Positions 50,701-62,442 of a DNA stretch of 64,000 nucleotides are shown in pieces (the stretch's first letter is position 1; the number at the start of each line of letters is the position of its first letter). The translations under genes and the position numbers were made by a program. The notes under the pieces were generated by a model, which made no database searches, was not told the DNA's origin, and was given only the letters and a program-made list of their open reading frames with translations. Source of the DNA: Veleropilina oligotropha (taxonomy: Eukaryota). The DNA lies in assembly GCA_048128005.1 (NCBI GenBank), contig JBEUKZ010000036.1:1-64000 (forward strand). Reading direction: 5' to 3'.

Positions 50701-53700
50701 CGTACACATATAATATTACATAAGTAAACAACAGAAATAAATTTACTCTTCCAAAAAATTACATTTCTATTCATAGAAAGAATGCTAATTTGTCATCCTC
50801 AATACTTCAAGGCATACCGTTAATCAAACTTTTCAGAATACCTGCTATAGTGTGTAGTCATAGTTAACCGGCATTTCAGGGCACAAATTAAGCGTAAAAT
50901 TACTAAGTCATTCAGGTATAAAAAGTAGGTAAAGGACGTGCATGGGTGGGTGGTTTGGGGTGAGGCACCCAAGGAGTAAGTGATAGCCAAGTTTGGTAGA
51001 CCTAGGCCCAGTAGTTGCTGAAAAAGTGAGTCCAACGCAAAGGTTAACCGGCATTTCAGGGCACAAATTAAGTGTAAAATTACTAAGTCATTCAAGCATA
51101 CAAAGTAGGTCAAGGACATGCATGGGTGGGTGGTTTGGGGTGAGGCACCCAAGGAGTAAGTGATAGCCAAGTTTGGTAGACCTAGGCCCAGCAGTTGCTG
51201 AAAACCTGACTTGAACGCAAAGGTTAACCGGCATTTCAGGGCACAAATTAAACGTAAAATTACTAAGTCATTCAAGCATAAAAAGTAGGTCAAGGATGTG
51301 CATGGGTGGGTGGTTTGGGGTGACACACACAAGGAGTAAGTGATAGCCAAGTTTGGTAGACATAGGCCCAGCAGTTGCTGAAAAACTGACTCGAACGCAA
51401 AGGTTAACCAGCATTTCAGGGCACAAATTAAGCATAAAATTAGTAAGTCATTCAAGCATAGTGGGTGGATTGTGGTGAGGCACCCAATGAGTAAGTGATA
51501 GCCAAGTTTGGTAGACCTAGGCCCAGTAGTTGCTGGAAAACTGACTCAAATGCAAAGGTTAACCAAATCCGGACGACGCCGACGACGCCGACGCCGGAGT
51601 GGTGACAATAGCTCTTTATGTTTTCACAAACAGACGAGCTAATAAGTGATTCGCATGACCAACTTGCGAAAGGCTAACATGTACAACATGTTACTTAAAA
51701 TAAATTTTAAGGAAGCAAATATTAAAAAAATTTCAATGTCTTGAACATCGTATGTTCTATACAGCATAGAACATCAATAATATTGAACCTCAAAATCTTA
51801 TAAGACTTTTTGCAATATAAATGTTTATTAAATTCAATGTGAACTGGATTGTCAAAATACTCAGGTATGACATGAAAGTATCAAGATCTTAAAATGTTTT
51901 TAAGAAATGAACATACATTGAATCACCTCATAATGTCTATTTCATAGAATAGCTAGGCATAACAATAATATTGCGTCAGCACGAAGTATTTAATTGATTA
52001 ATCAAGAAAGAATACTCACTGATTAGACGACCTCTGTCTAGTAATACATCTTTGGGCAGCTACACACTGTAGACTGCTCAAACCATCAGCACCAGTTGAA
52101 TAATCCCGCAGATAATGCTTGACAAAGACATTAGCATTTTTCCAGTAACCTGCTTGAAGCAACGCTGAGATATTTAAACTGTGTCGGAAGGAAATAGAAG
52201 CTGCAATTGCACGGACCTCGTGCGCGCGGACTGATAAAATAGTGCGGTCTACTTCTTCACAGCGAGAGTATACATCTCTCACTACCTGTGAAATCCACCC
52301 CGAAACAGTCGTCTTCGTAATGTCGCGGGTGTAAGAAGGTAAATACGAAATGAATAAACGTAGTTTCCCTTGCCGCATATCACGGGTCCTGTCGAGGTAG
52401 AAGCGCAGGGCACGCACGGGGCAGTTTAACCGGTCTACATCGTGCCTTCCGACCAGCGTAAGCTTGGGGATAATAATATCGGGTGCGTCTTCGTTCGGCC
52501 GTTGATTCTTGGCGAGGAAACCCAAGATAGGACGCAGCATCACCGACCCGTCTGACTGGAAACGAACGTCTCGTAGCTCTGCGGATAAACTATGAACTTC
52601 GGAACAACGCCTGCCCGACGCTAAGGCGATCAGAAAAACCGTTTTGTGCGTTAAGTTCCTCATAGACGCCGTGGACATAGGCTCGTACGGCGGTAAGAGT
52701 AGAGCGTTAAGGATGAGAACGATGTTCCAGGCAGGTGGCCGTATGGTTCGGGTCGGAATCTCGAGTTCGTAGGATCATATAAAATCCAAAATCGTTCGGT
52801 CGCTAGATAGGCCAACATGGGCACGGCACTGTTTTAACGTAGTCGCGACCGTTGCCCGATAGCCTTTGACGGCGGACACTGACAAACCGCGTTCAAAGAG
52901 CGACGATAAAAACTCGATAAACTTGTTCACAGGGGGGCGGGGAATATTGACCTGCCGGCTGTGACACCAATCCACGTACTTAACAAATCGGTAGTCATAA
53001 ACTTTAGACGTGGAAAGCCTTCTCGATCGGTAGATGCGTAGGGCTGTTGAGCGAGAAAATCCTTTCTTAGCAAGGGATCGTTCGATAACCGCCAGGCGTG
53101 TAAACGTAAGTCGTTCGGCGATGGGTGTAATACACGGCTGCGTGCCTGCATTAACAGGTCCGGTCGCTGCGGGAGCGCTAACAGTCGATCGACGATCAGA
53201 TCGAGGAGGGTCGGAAACCAAGGTTGCGTGCGATACAGGGGCGCGATTAGCGTTATCTCGCAACGTTCGTTCGATGCCTTCTGTAGTACGAGTGTCAGAA
53301 TGCACGACGGGGGGAAGGCATACGCGGACAGATTCTCCCATGTCATTGACAGCGCGTCGACCGCTAGGGCAGCCGGGTCCGGGTACGGGGAGACATACAG
53401 AGGTAGTCGGTGATTGAATTCTGTTGCAAACAGATCGACTTGGGGTTGTGACCACCGGCGACAAACGTCCCGAGCTACTCGGCTGTGTAGCGTCCACTCT
53501 GTGTGTATTATCTGTGATTTCCGAGAGAGCGAGTCCGCTCTGACATTCAGCTTTCCCGGGATGTGTCGGGCTCGTATCGTCGAGTTGAGGGACATCACTA
53601 GGCGGTGTAGGTCGATTGCTCGGTCGCAAAGGGGACGCGAGCGAGTGCCGCCCTGGTGCTGAATGTAAGCGACGACAGTCGTGTTGTCCGTGGCGAGCAT

Positions 53701-56700
53701 TATGTGCTTGTTGCGGAGATGTGACGAGAGGGACCGTACTGACAGGTAGAAGGCTTCTAACTCTAGGAAGTTGTTGTGTCGTCCCTGAAGGTCCGTGGGC
53801 CATAGGCCCGATGTCTCGTAACTGTCGAGGTGACCACCCCAGCCGTCGTTCGAAGCGTCTGTGAACAGGTAGGCGTTCGGCTCTGGCGGGGATATAGGAA
53901 CCGACTGGCTCGGCAAAGCAGGGTTCAACCACACTGCTGTCGTGCGGGTAAACCAATGCCGAAGATCGATACAATCCGTCCACTGTCCCGTCCGTTGTAT
54001 CCAGCGATCTCTGAACGCCTGTTGTAACGGTCATTTGTCCATTCGACCCGTCGGTAGCAGGGTCGCTACCGACTCGATGTGCCCCAGGACAGTGGCCAGT
54101 TGTCGCGCCGTAGTTATCTCCGATGACAGGGTGTCTTGAATAACCGCGCGTAGGTTCCGCATACGTTTCTGGGTCGGTTTCGCGGTGTACCGGACCGTAT
54201 CGAAGTCGACTCTGAGGAACGTAAACGTCGTCGAGGGCACGAAGCAGGATTTTGTCGCGTTGATCTGAAATCCCAGGCGCTTCGTCGATGACAGGGTAAA
54301 GCTCGTAGACCGGAGGCACAGATCCCGGGACGCCCCGAGGATCAGCCAGTCGTCGAGGTACATATGTACCCTGTGCCCTAGAGAGTGTAGGAAGGCTCCG
54401 AGGGCCTGTACTGTTCTTGTGAAGACGTACGGGGCTGACGATAGACCGAACGGTAGGCACCTGAATTGGTAGATCGTCTCCCCGTGTATAAACCGAAGGT
54501 ACTGATGAGCCGTGATATGCATCGGGACATGCAGATACGCGTCGGTCAGATCGATAGACGCTGCCCAGTCTCCCGGACGGATGGCCGCTCGTATCTTCGA
54601 GAGGGTTTCTTGCTGGAATTTCTCGGTGTGAAGATATCGGTTGAGATACGAGAGATCGAGGATCGGTCGCCAGCGGCCATCGGGTTTTGGGACCAGGAAG
54701 AAATGGCTGTAAAATCCTGGTGTGCTGGGCGGCGCGGGATATATCGCTCCTTTGAGGAGCAAATCCCGCACTGCCTGGTCGAAGACCGCTTGCTTTTCTC
54801 CGTGTAGGAGGCGAGCGTGTCTTGGTGGTGGTGCCTCGGTTAGGGTCAGATGCCGGTTGAATGCCAACTTGTATCCGGCACTCACGACTGAGTGGACCCA
54901 GCTGCTGTCTGTCAGATCTAGCCACGACTGGCTGTACGCTAACAGACACGCTCCCACCGGCGGAAGCGAGCAGCTGGGACCGTCGCGAATGCCGGCAGCC
55001 CTAGGGCCGAGGCTTCCCTCTCCCGCTCTGCTGACGGGATTTCGTTGGAGGTGCGTGCCTCCTCTGAGTGGGTTTACTGGCCGGAGGCCTACCACCAGAA
55101 GAGGGCTTTGCACGCTTAGAAGGCTTCGGGGTCCGGGTGGGCCCTGAACGCTTCCTCGAGTCGGCGGGTGGACCCCGGGTGGGGTGCAGCACCGCCTTCT
55201 CGATGGCACGGTCCTTCATGTCCGCCGCTCTCTTGTCGACGAATTCCGTGAAATTGTCGCCAAAAAGAGTGGTGGCCGAGCAAGGCACGCATCGCAACGA
55301 GCGCCGGGTGGCCTCGTCTAGCGAGGTGCCTTCCAGGCAAGCATCCCTACGAAGTAGGAGTGCATTGCCCAGGACACGTCCCATCTCCAACGCGCTGGTC
55401 TCCATTACGGCAGCAACCTCCTGGAGGAAGGACAGGGCTGCCTCACGGGCGCCGGGTCCTTCCTCCTGTAGTACGGCTATCGCCCCGTCTAGGAAAAAAT
55501 CCTGAACGGACGACAGCCGCAGAGCACGTCGGGCGGCGCTCTCGAAAGATTCCAAGGCGGACCAAGGAACTTTCGCCACGGAGGGAGTGTGACTGGCGGT
55601 CAGTCGACGCAACGCTGCGTCCACATGAGCCGGCTCAGTCGCCAGGCACGGACCAGTACACGCGAACGGGATCAAACGCGAACTGGCCCGGAGGTACCTC
55701 CCACTACGGAACCCCGAAGGGTACTCGGTCAGCGGGGAGGACTCCACCGGATTGCGCCCCTGTATGAGCTTGGTTGTCGTGTCGACGACAAGATCAACCA
55801 GCCCAGACTGAGGTAAGGAAGGAAGCAAGGGGGCTTCCTTCTCAACAAACCGATGTGCTGCCGTCCTGTGCTTGACTGAGCCTACGTCCGACCGAGTCGG
55901 TTCCGGCAAGCCAAGCACCCCGCGAAGTGACGCAACGGCGTCGAGCCTTCGGCGGGTGGTGGAGGTCGGCTCCTGCGTGCCTGAAAGACTAACGTCTTCG
56001 GGCCCGACCGATTCAGGGAGGTCGGAGTGAGTAGAGTCGAGGTCCTCGTCGGAACGAGGGTCGATCTCCATCACGGAGGCAGGAGCCGTGCTCTGCGCCA
56101 CGGGCAGATATGTAGGGAACTGGCGCGGCTGGGAAGCCGGTTGCCAGGCCTTACATCTGGCCTCGAACTCCGCCGCGATCAATGCCTGGACATTCTCAAA
56201 AGAGAAACCCGGAGGCATGACGGGCGTCGAACTAACAGCCGGTAGTTCTGTCGAGGTTACCGTGGCGGAAGGTAGACGGGCTGCACGGACAGGTGGAGCC
56301 GAGAACCAGGGTCTCGGGTCACCTGTCGAGCGGTCGTACCCGAAAGAATGGCCCGAAGGCGCATTCAGTGGGCCGGGCGACCTGTAGGACTGCGGCCACA
56401 GTCCGTACTGGTCTACCGCTCTGTTCGCGAGAGGCACGGTCGGAACACCGTAGAACCTCTGCCCGAACGCAGCCGGTCTGTCCACGTTATCTAGCGTGAC
56501 CACGGGGGGTGCACGGGCCCTCTGAAAACATCGTGAGCTTCGAGGCTGAGCGGAAAAACCCAAGGGTTAGTCGCGTCGGTCTCGGATGAGGTTTCAGGTG
56601 TCGCCAATTGTCCGGATCTTAGACCATCGTAATGGTGTCCGGCCTCTTTAAAGGCTTTCTCATTGGGTTGCTCTCCGTCGTTAAACGGAGAGTTTCCCTT

Positions 56701-59700
56701 CCCGCAGAAGGACTAACGTATCCCGTATTCTTCGAGGCCGAAGAATAGGAGGGGGATCGTCTGCCCTGTTCAGCGGTTCGCTGCGCTGCCAGATATACCT
56801 TGCTAGCCGGCAAGGTATGGTTGGCTGCAGCTACTAGGCCCGATGGAGGAGTAACGGACAGCGCTCGGGCTCCTACCTGAATCTGGGGTCCCGGCAAGGT
56901 TTCGGCGACTCCCCCATGAGTCGCGGAGGTTTCGCCGGTAGATCCGGCGACAGACGGTACCTTACGTCGGCTGTCGTCCAGCGTCCCTGAAGCAGACAAA
57001 GAAGAAACGTTATCCCTTAACTTACCAGCCTCTTCCTGTCCCTTCTCCGGGGAGGACCCACCGTGGCAGCCGCCCTGGTCGGCTTCACCGGAGGGAAAAT
57101 AATCGCCCACTGCCTATCTGTCAAAGCTAAGCACAGTTCACATTGGTATTTCTTACTACAATTATGGTGAATACGGCATTCCGTGTGCTTATCAAACCCG
57201 TGAATCTTCTGGTTACCCCCGGAGTCGCTGCACCGGACCATAGCTGAATACACGGGAGGGTGGTAGTGGGTGGTCGGGGTAGTTAAATAAGTATATGTTT
57301 GGTAGTTGTAGTGTAGTGTAGTTGTGACTTTTACTACTACAACACTTTAAATTGCCCTGATCTGAAGATCAAAGATCAGGCGACATACCGCAAAATAACC
57401 CCGAACTGGGAACACCGAGGCCGGGTAATAAACCCGGCAAATAGACTAAACAAACGGGGGTTCTTTCTTAGAAAAAACCGCCCAGAAAAACACCTGAAAA
57501 CCTCATGGATGTTTTTAAATTAGTACAATGGCGTATTATCCCAGTAACGGCAGGATATCAGAATAACTAAAGTTGATATCTAAACAATCCTGCCTTTTAA
57601 CGACGCTAAATATTTATACAATAATTACCAGCAATAAGCGTCGTTAAGGAATTATCCAATATAATGAGTTACCTGTTTGCAGTCTCAAACAATATCAGAT
57701 AAAATATACCGACCAGAAATTTCTTCTATACACGAAACTTCCCCTCTGAGCGGCCCTTGCTTTTCTCGGCAACGGCGGCGATGTCGATTTCACTGATTCA
57801 CACAACTTCCTCGAAGTTTGATCAAATCTTCCCTAATTCACTGATGTTTGATACCCTTCAACACAGGGTATATTCCACAACTTATAACTTGATATAAGCT
57901 AATTAGCGTCTCGATTTAACGTATAAATCGTAAGGTTTTTCGAAATATTTGCGGAGCAACAAAACACGTTTTTCCGTCATGGCGGAAAACTTTGAATTGA
58001 GGTCTTGTGATCTCGAGCTCGGATATCTCGCGAGACTTGGCGAGATCTCGCCGGGGGAACATAGAGAGGTGGAGCAGGGGAGGTAATCGTGGTGTGTTTT
58101 GACTTAATAAGTGCATAAATGTGACTTTATTCACTGTTTCCGGTTGGCGATAATATGACTATTATGGCAAGAGTAAGGACGCAAGTATGTTTGTAACTAC
58201 ATATATTACTATACTACACAAAACTTGCTTTATCATTGTTGAATCAATTAAAACAACATGTCATAAATTGAAACAGAATATTAAAAAGAGCAATAGAACG
58301 AACACTCACAAATGGCCTCTGGTTCTGTAGTAATATATTTTTGTATTCCTGGAAGCTGACCCATGGACCGAAAATAACTGTTCCTACATGGAACAGGTAT
58401 CCGGCGAACTCGACAAGACTTGGTAGAGCCTCCACCGCACCGCTACTAATGTCAAAGGCAAGGGAGATAACTTTCATGGACAAAATCATTTGAGCACCTG
58501 TAAATATATGTAACAAAATTAGTATTTTCAATTCCTGACATTTAATTGGACAAAATGACGTCTTGTGGCGTTAACTAACCATGTTCGATGTCAACTGGCT
58601 AAATTTCACGGCGTATGCTACAATACTACGTTTTTATTTCGGTTACATGACAGACTCAGTCATTTTGGAGGAACCATTGAGATTACGTAATATGCATGCT
58701 GTATCAAAACCAAACCACTTTTCAGCTTTTCGAATATTATGCGGTTTGGTGCTAATAAGATTTTCATGAAAACCTCGATTTTCTTCATGAAAAATAGTCA
58801 ACTCATAATTTTGTAATAAAACAAATAATATTTTGTTAGTTTGTTATCCATCTGAAGATCATTATGATGAAATAAGATTTAACGACCAAGCCAACAGTAT
58901 TTCAGTCATAAATCGTGCCAATCCACTATGAATGATGAAATTAGTTGGTGCTGGTTGCAATTATGGAGACAGCGATGAAGGGAAAAATCTCTGGCACTCC
59001 CGGGAATTGAACCCTGGACCTTTCGTTAGTAGACCAGCACAGTATCCACTCGATCACACTTCCTCATTATCTGAAAAGGTTCGGTGTTCACTTCGAACAT
59101 ATTACAGTCGAAAATGTGATCGTAAAACTAAACTAATGCAAATCTATAAAAATATATAAAAAATATAATAGTACAGATTAATATTTTTACACGTATAATA
59201 AGGCATTCAAAACATATTTCAATCTAAGGTAAGTCTATAACTTAACCTTACCTCGTATTTTATGCCAAGATGTGAGATCAACGAAATATAATTCACTGAA
59301 AAAGGACAAATGTAATATTTCAACTACAGAAATTAACATTTATATATTGCATTGGAATTTATGAAACATGACTATAAGTACATGTATGAACAAAAGTTGG
59401 TTTGGATTGTATTGTCCAATTGCAATAGCAATGGTAATATTGAGAAATGTCCATAATATTATTATCGTGGGAGGAAAGTCGAGATTATCCAGTTCCTGTG
59501 AAGCAGAGCTGTTAGGCGAATGAATTTGATACCACAATTCTATAATATGTAGTTGAAGTGATGTTGAAAATATAGTCACAATAGAAATCCCTTTAATCTT
59601 CGCCAACACATTTTTATTTTCTTACTTTAGCATGGTATTAACATGCATTTAAATGGACGTAATCATACAGTCGATAACTTCAGAAATCTTAAAATTTATA

Positions 59701-62442
59701 AAATACAAGAAATGCTGTATAAAACTTAAAAAAACTGAAATGCTTACCACATAACTAGTATCACTATTATTAACATGGAGACCGCCACGCCAGATAAATG
59801 TCTGTAGCGTACATTGAGTAGAAACAACAATAGATAGCAGATGACTGCACTGCCCACCAAGTACAGCAGCATCTCCTGGAAGAAGACGTGAAGAGCAGCC
59901 AGACCCAGCGCCATGCTGGACACGTGAACCAACCAGGACGGGATGCCCGTCTCATCATCTGGAAAACAAATGGTAAGCGGAATCAGAAAATATGGAGCAT
60001 GGAGAGCGGCCAATCCCAGCGCCATGCTCGAGGAGTGAACATAAACCAGGACGGGATGCCCGTCTCATCATCTGGAAAACAAATGGTAAGCGGAATCAGA
60101 AAATATGGAGCATGGAGAGCGGCCAATCCCAGCGCCATGCTCGAGGAGTGAACAAACCAGGACGGGATGCCCGTGTCGTCGTCTGCAAACAAATAGTATG
60201 CGGATGAAATGGAAACAAGTTTGATATCTTCGTCATCACATGACTATTTTATTGCATTTTTAAACTCATTTCTTTACGTTTTAAAATTAATTTATGTCAG
60301 TACTTTTAGCCATAAATTGCCATGCCTGAAACGCATCACGCCTCGAAAGCACGCGCCACGCCAGTACGCCAATAAAAAATAGTTCAACATCTGTGTTTTG
60401 TCAGTAATCGACTAGTCAACGCATATGAATTATGTAATATGTCAATTGTGGTGATGCGCCACCTAATCAATTTCACGCCAGATGCGACAGAAGATGCATG
60501 CCATCATATGCATACTTAAGTAACGTGTGATCATATTGAATTTATGAAATGGGCTTAGGCGTTGCATAACAGCTTTTTCATGCGATAAACTAGAATACTC
60601 AATAGATAGACACCTTTGATAAAATTTATCATTTGATACAAATAAAATAAAATAAATCTTCGTTACATTTCCCTGGACAACAGCAGAGTCAATTTAATCG
60701 AGTGTAGATTAGAACATGCTGAAATGGGGTACAACGTTGTCAATATATGCCTATACTATCGACTGTCCACGTGGAGGCGGAGGAAGTTTTGACAAATAAT
60801 TTATGACATGGAACCCCATCTCCTGCGTTCTGAATGTGCAAATACGATATTTATTACCAGTAATTTTGACCATTTTTACCACTCTGTACGAGTCATTTTT
60901 ATTTTGACACAGAGGGTTGTTCGTAGGCCTGCCCCCTACCCTCGTATTGGCTATACGTCATTGTTTATGCCATGTAGGTAGACCTATGTTTGTCTGTTCT
61001 GATCTGACTTGGCTAAAACTGGTGATACCGATTGAGACATGCCCCTGGATAATTTCTAACTATACCTGCTAAACCATGTCTTTTGTGTCATTCAATAGTT
61101 ACTAGTAGTCAGACCTAGTCAGGACCCCACCCCCGATAACTATTGTAAATATATTATTATGTTGTGTAATCGAGAAATTCCCCTAATTAGTTATTGTGTT
61201 ATATCTCTATGTTCGCTACACAAATGTGTAATGCAACTTCTTTATTTACCAAATACTTTTTGAATGTTTATACATTAAATAAATTAATAACACTCTAATA
61301 AATGAAATTTTGGCACTCCGACAACTGCAAGGCCGCTGTTGTTTGTCCGAGGCTATGGCAATTGCCGATTAGCTCTTCAGGGCTGATAAAAGGCCATGAT
61401 CTGATTGGCTGATATGTATTTTCCTGGAGTGGTCTACCGGTATTACAAACTGACAAACCAAGATAAAACTATACCACTTTTTCTAGGATAAAAACATGCC
61501 AAAAATAAGCGTGAACAAACATGGTTCAATCCGAAAGGTACAAGACAGAGCATTCATGTACTAGAGAGCATACATTACAGGGTGAATTATCATAGATACA
61601 TGATACTAAATTTTGTGTATAGTTTACCGGTAACAACAGAGGTTACCCACAGTATACCGGCCACTTGTTTATCCCGAGCATACTGGTCACTGCTGGTCAA
61701 CAGCATACTGATCACTTGTCTTTCCAGAGCATATCGGTCACTAACCTGCCCACAGCACACTGGTCACTCACCTGACCAGAGCATACCGGTCACTAAACTG
61801 CCACAGCATACCGGTCACACCTGACCAGAGCATACTGGTCACTCACCTATAGAGGTTACCCACAGCATACCGGCCACTTGTTTATCTAGCATACTGGTCA
61901 CTGCTGGTCCACAGCATAATGATCACTTGTCTTTCCAGAGCATACTGGTCACTCACCTGCCCACAGCATACCGGTCACACCTGACCAGAGCATACCGGTC
62001 AATAACCTGCCCACAGCATGCCATTCACTCACTTATTGACATACCGGTCACTCACCTCTTGACATACAGGTCACTGACCTGAATGCATCATACCAGTTAC
62101 TCGCCTGTCCAGATCATACTGGTCACTCACTTGACCGCAGCATGCCAGAGTATGCTGGTCACTCACCTGTCCAGACCATATCGGTCACTCACCTGACCGC
62201 AGCATACCAGTCAGTCGGCTGACCAGGCACAGCACCAAGAGCACGCCAAGACTCTGAACGGCCTGAGTGATGGCGGGCAGCACGCAGTTGTCCAGCAGCT
62301 CCCAGGCGGTCATCGCCAGGTACGTGTCAGAGGCGTGGTACGAGTACTGACCGTTCATCATCTCGGACAAATACTCGTCCTCGTCGTAATAATCGTCCAT
62401 GAGATAATCGCCGTCCATATCATCGTAGAATTCCTCGACCAT
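38776..62442 (-). CDS. PORCN: Protein-serine O-palmitoleoyltransferase porcupine (MBOAT), 12 coding exons: 62442-62193, 59958-59748, 59295-59252, 58497-58310, 48400-48294, 47752-47627, 43125-43025, 41712-41636, 41248-41185, 40143-40058, 39599-39495, 38874-38776 (~485 aa)
   Basis: All junctions are GT-AG with consistent phases. Motifs: [90 protein letters not shown] (catalytic His), [20 protein letters not shown]. Confidence 0.95.
40298..40608 (+). repeat. Dispersed ~310-bp repeat; near-identical inverted copy at ~60276-60589
   Basis: ATGAAAAAGCTGTTATGCAACGCCTAAGCCC..GGCTAAAAGTACTGACATAAATTAATTTTAAAACG is found reverse-complemented in PORCN intron 1. Confidence 0.85.
40737..41145. mobile_element. 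Non-autonomous element with a long subterminal palindrome (Crypton-like)
   Basis: Imperfect hairpin 40737-40895 (TATGTCAGAAATATT..CCTAGC / GCTAGG..AATATTTCTGACATA), a shape I associate with non-autonomous Crypton families. Confidence 0.45.
42460..42862 (+). mobile_element. HINE-like element 3' part with a duplicated TGACCTTGACCTTTGACC unit
   Basis: Two ~160-bp units, a GGACGACGGACGGACG microsatellite and a terminal hairpin ending in an A-run. Confidence 0.5.
43353..47526. mobile_element. Harbinger-like non-autonomous element with nested insertions
   Basis: TIR GGGCCGTAGTCTCGAAA / TTTCGAGAATACGGGCC, CAG flanks on both sides, subterminal (C)TTACGAA / TTCGTAA repeats. Confidence 0.55.
44546..45794. 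mobile_element. pogo/Tigger-like MITE
   Basis: Perfect 23-bp TIR CACTGTAGCCTCGGTATAACGCG, TA TSD, subterminal CGCGTTATAACCGA repeats. Confidence 0.85.
50058..51642 (+). mobile_element. HINE-like element nested in the DIRS 3' region
   Basis: AACAAGAGCACCGC head; GACGCCGACGACGCCG..AATAGCTC..GAGCTAA end (similar end at 34181-34225). Confidence 0.5.
50863..51565. repeat. 180-bp tandem repeat, ~4 copies
   Basis: GTTAACC(G/A)GCATTTCAGG at 50863, 51043, 51223 and 51403. Confidence 0.95.
52016..53100 (-). pseudogene. DIRS tyrosine recombinase, interrupted by an in-frame TGA at 52775-52777
   Basis: N-terminal SAM-like region ([14 protein letters not shown]) and catalytic R (GRRCSE), K, HEVR, W and Y (FVKHY). 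ORFs 54949-52775 and 52678-52016 are in the same frame. Confidence 0.88.
52927..55209 (-). pseudogene. DIRS reverse transcriptase-RNase H-methyltransferase-like ORF, interrupted by an in-frame TGA at 54031-54033
   Basis: [40 protein letters not shown]. RNase [25 protein letters not shown]-like DLFA..YAFPP. Confidence 0.92.
55001..57241 (-). CDS. DIRS gag-like protein, putatively spliced: exons 57241-57026 and 56545-55001
   Basis: N-terminal Cys/His finger (C..H..DKH..C..H..C..C..C). C-terminal [11 protein letters not shown] region typical of DIRS ORF1. A phase-0 GT-AG intron joins the two ORFs in frame. Confidence 0.7.
59958..60190 (-). repeat. Tandem triplication of the PORCN exon-2 acceptor and 5' exon segment (units 111 and 113 bp)
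   Basis: CAG|A(C/T)GA(C/T)GA.ACGGGCATCCCGTCCTGG starts at 60182, 60071 and 59958. Confidence 0.9.
61620..62215. repeat. Degenerate ~23-bp minisatellite overlapping the PORCN exon-1 donor
   Basis: Unit AGCATAC(C/T)GGTCACTCACCTG(A/C)CC(A/C), with a ~210-bp higher-order duplication (61638 / 61851). Confidence 0.85.

Larger units (their letters stand above)
49028..58202 (-). mobile_element. Full-length DIRS1-like tyrosine-recombinase retrotransposon in PORCN intron 4
   Basis: ITRs 49062-49265 / 57988-58191. Internal complementary region 49328-49418 joins the complements of both outer termini (..CTCAT|ATGTAG..). Gag, RT-RNase H-MT and YR ORFs overlap. Confidence 0.93.

Noticed and set aside
50820..51455. 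211-aa hydrophobic repeat ORF
   Set aside because: Product of the 180-bp tandem repeat (60-aa period).
53100..54949. N-terminal ~600 aa of the 724-aa ORF as a separate novel protein
   Set aside because: Overlapping-frame extension of the YR ORF over pol, as is usual in DIRS elements; no independent motifs.
58850..58880. CTGAAGA..GAAA hammerhead-like core
   Set aside because: The stem II closing pair is U-U and there are no convincing stems I/III.
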